Source of the DNA: a virus
Taxonomy: Duplodnaviria > Caudoviricetes
Length of the DNA stretch: 56,934 nt
Strand: one strand, 5' to 3'
Virus record (IMG/VR): IMGVR_UViG_3300046804_003678
Coordinates: 1 to 56,934 of that record
In this document: positions 56,875 to 56,934 of the stretch, in pieces
Layout: every line of letters begins with the position of its first letter
How positions within the stretch are numbered: position 1 is the stretch's first letter
Made by a program: the position numbers and the translations under genes
Notes under the pieces: generated by a model
Told to the model about the DNA's origin: nothing
Databases searched by the model: none
The model's input: only the letters and a program-made list of their open reading frames with translations

Positions 56875-56934
56875 ATGAAGACTTTTCGCGAATTAACAGA
56901 AGCCTCCGTTCACCCCATGGCAGTCCATGCCTAT
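56875..56934 (+). CDS. Truncated ORF starting with a capsid-targeting-like sequence
   Basis: Reads MKTFRELTEASVHPMAVHAY to the window end. Confidence 0.5.
   Translation, partial: MKTFRELTEASVHPMAVHAY

Noticed and set aside
1-56934. tRNAs, introns/inteins, alternative genetic code, integrase or IS elements
   Set aside because: None seen by eye: core genes are uninterrupted and of normal length in the standard code, and intergenic gaps are short; tRNAscan was not run

Overview
A 57-kb segment of an AT-rich T4-like myovirus genome. The gene order is cyanophage/alphaproteobacterial-phage-like, with no gp24, hoc or soc after gp23; the host cannot be fixed from sequence alone. (1) 1-13.1 kb: an accessory cassette bounded by a duplicated 119-aa gene plus late promoter. 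It holds a chaperone-tipped tail fibre, three RCC1-repeat proteins, a methyltransferase, a TPR/GT9-like and two GT2-like glycosyltransferases, and a convergent ADP-heptose operon (hldE, cupin, HAD, hldD). (2) 13.1-18 kb: fibre genes, a GH19 lysin and a PAAR gene. (3) 18-34.9 kb: the gp13-gp23 morphogenesis core. Between gp20 and gp21 sit two very large proteins built of basic modules separated by EEVEQVDE-type linkers that resemble prohead-protease sites. (4) 35-37.6 kb: an 870-aa HEAT-repeat late protein. (5) 37.6-44.7 kb: divergent early small-gene arrays with repeated sigma70-like promoters. (6) 44.7-52.6 kb: gp3, uvsY, uvsW, gp55, gp47, gp46 and def. (7) 52.8-56.9 kb: a 7-deazaguanine cluster (queE, queD, folE) with two embedded nucleases. 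The best candidates for undescribed biology are the putative protease-processed capsid-cargo polyproteins and the repeat-bounded RCC1-fibre plus heptosylation cassette. All calls are by motif recognition and synteny; no searches were run.
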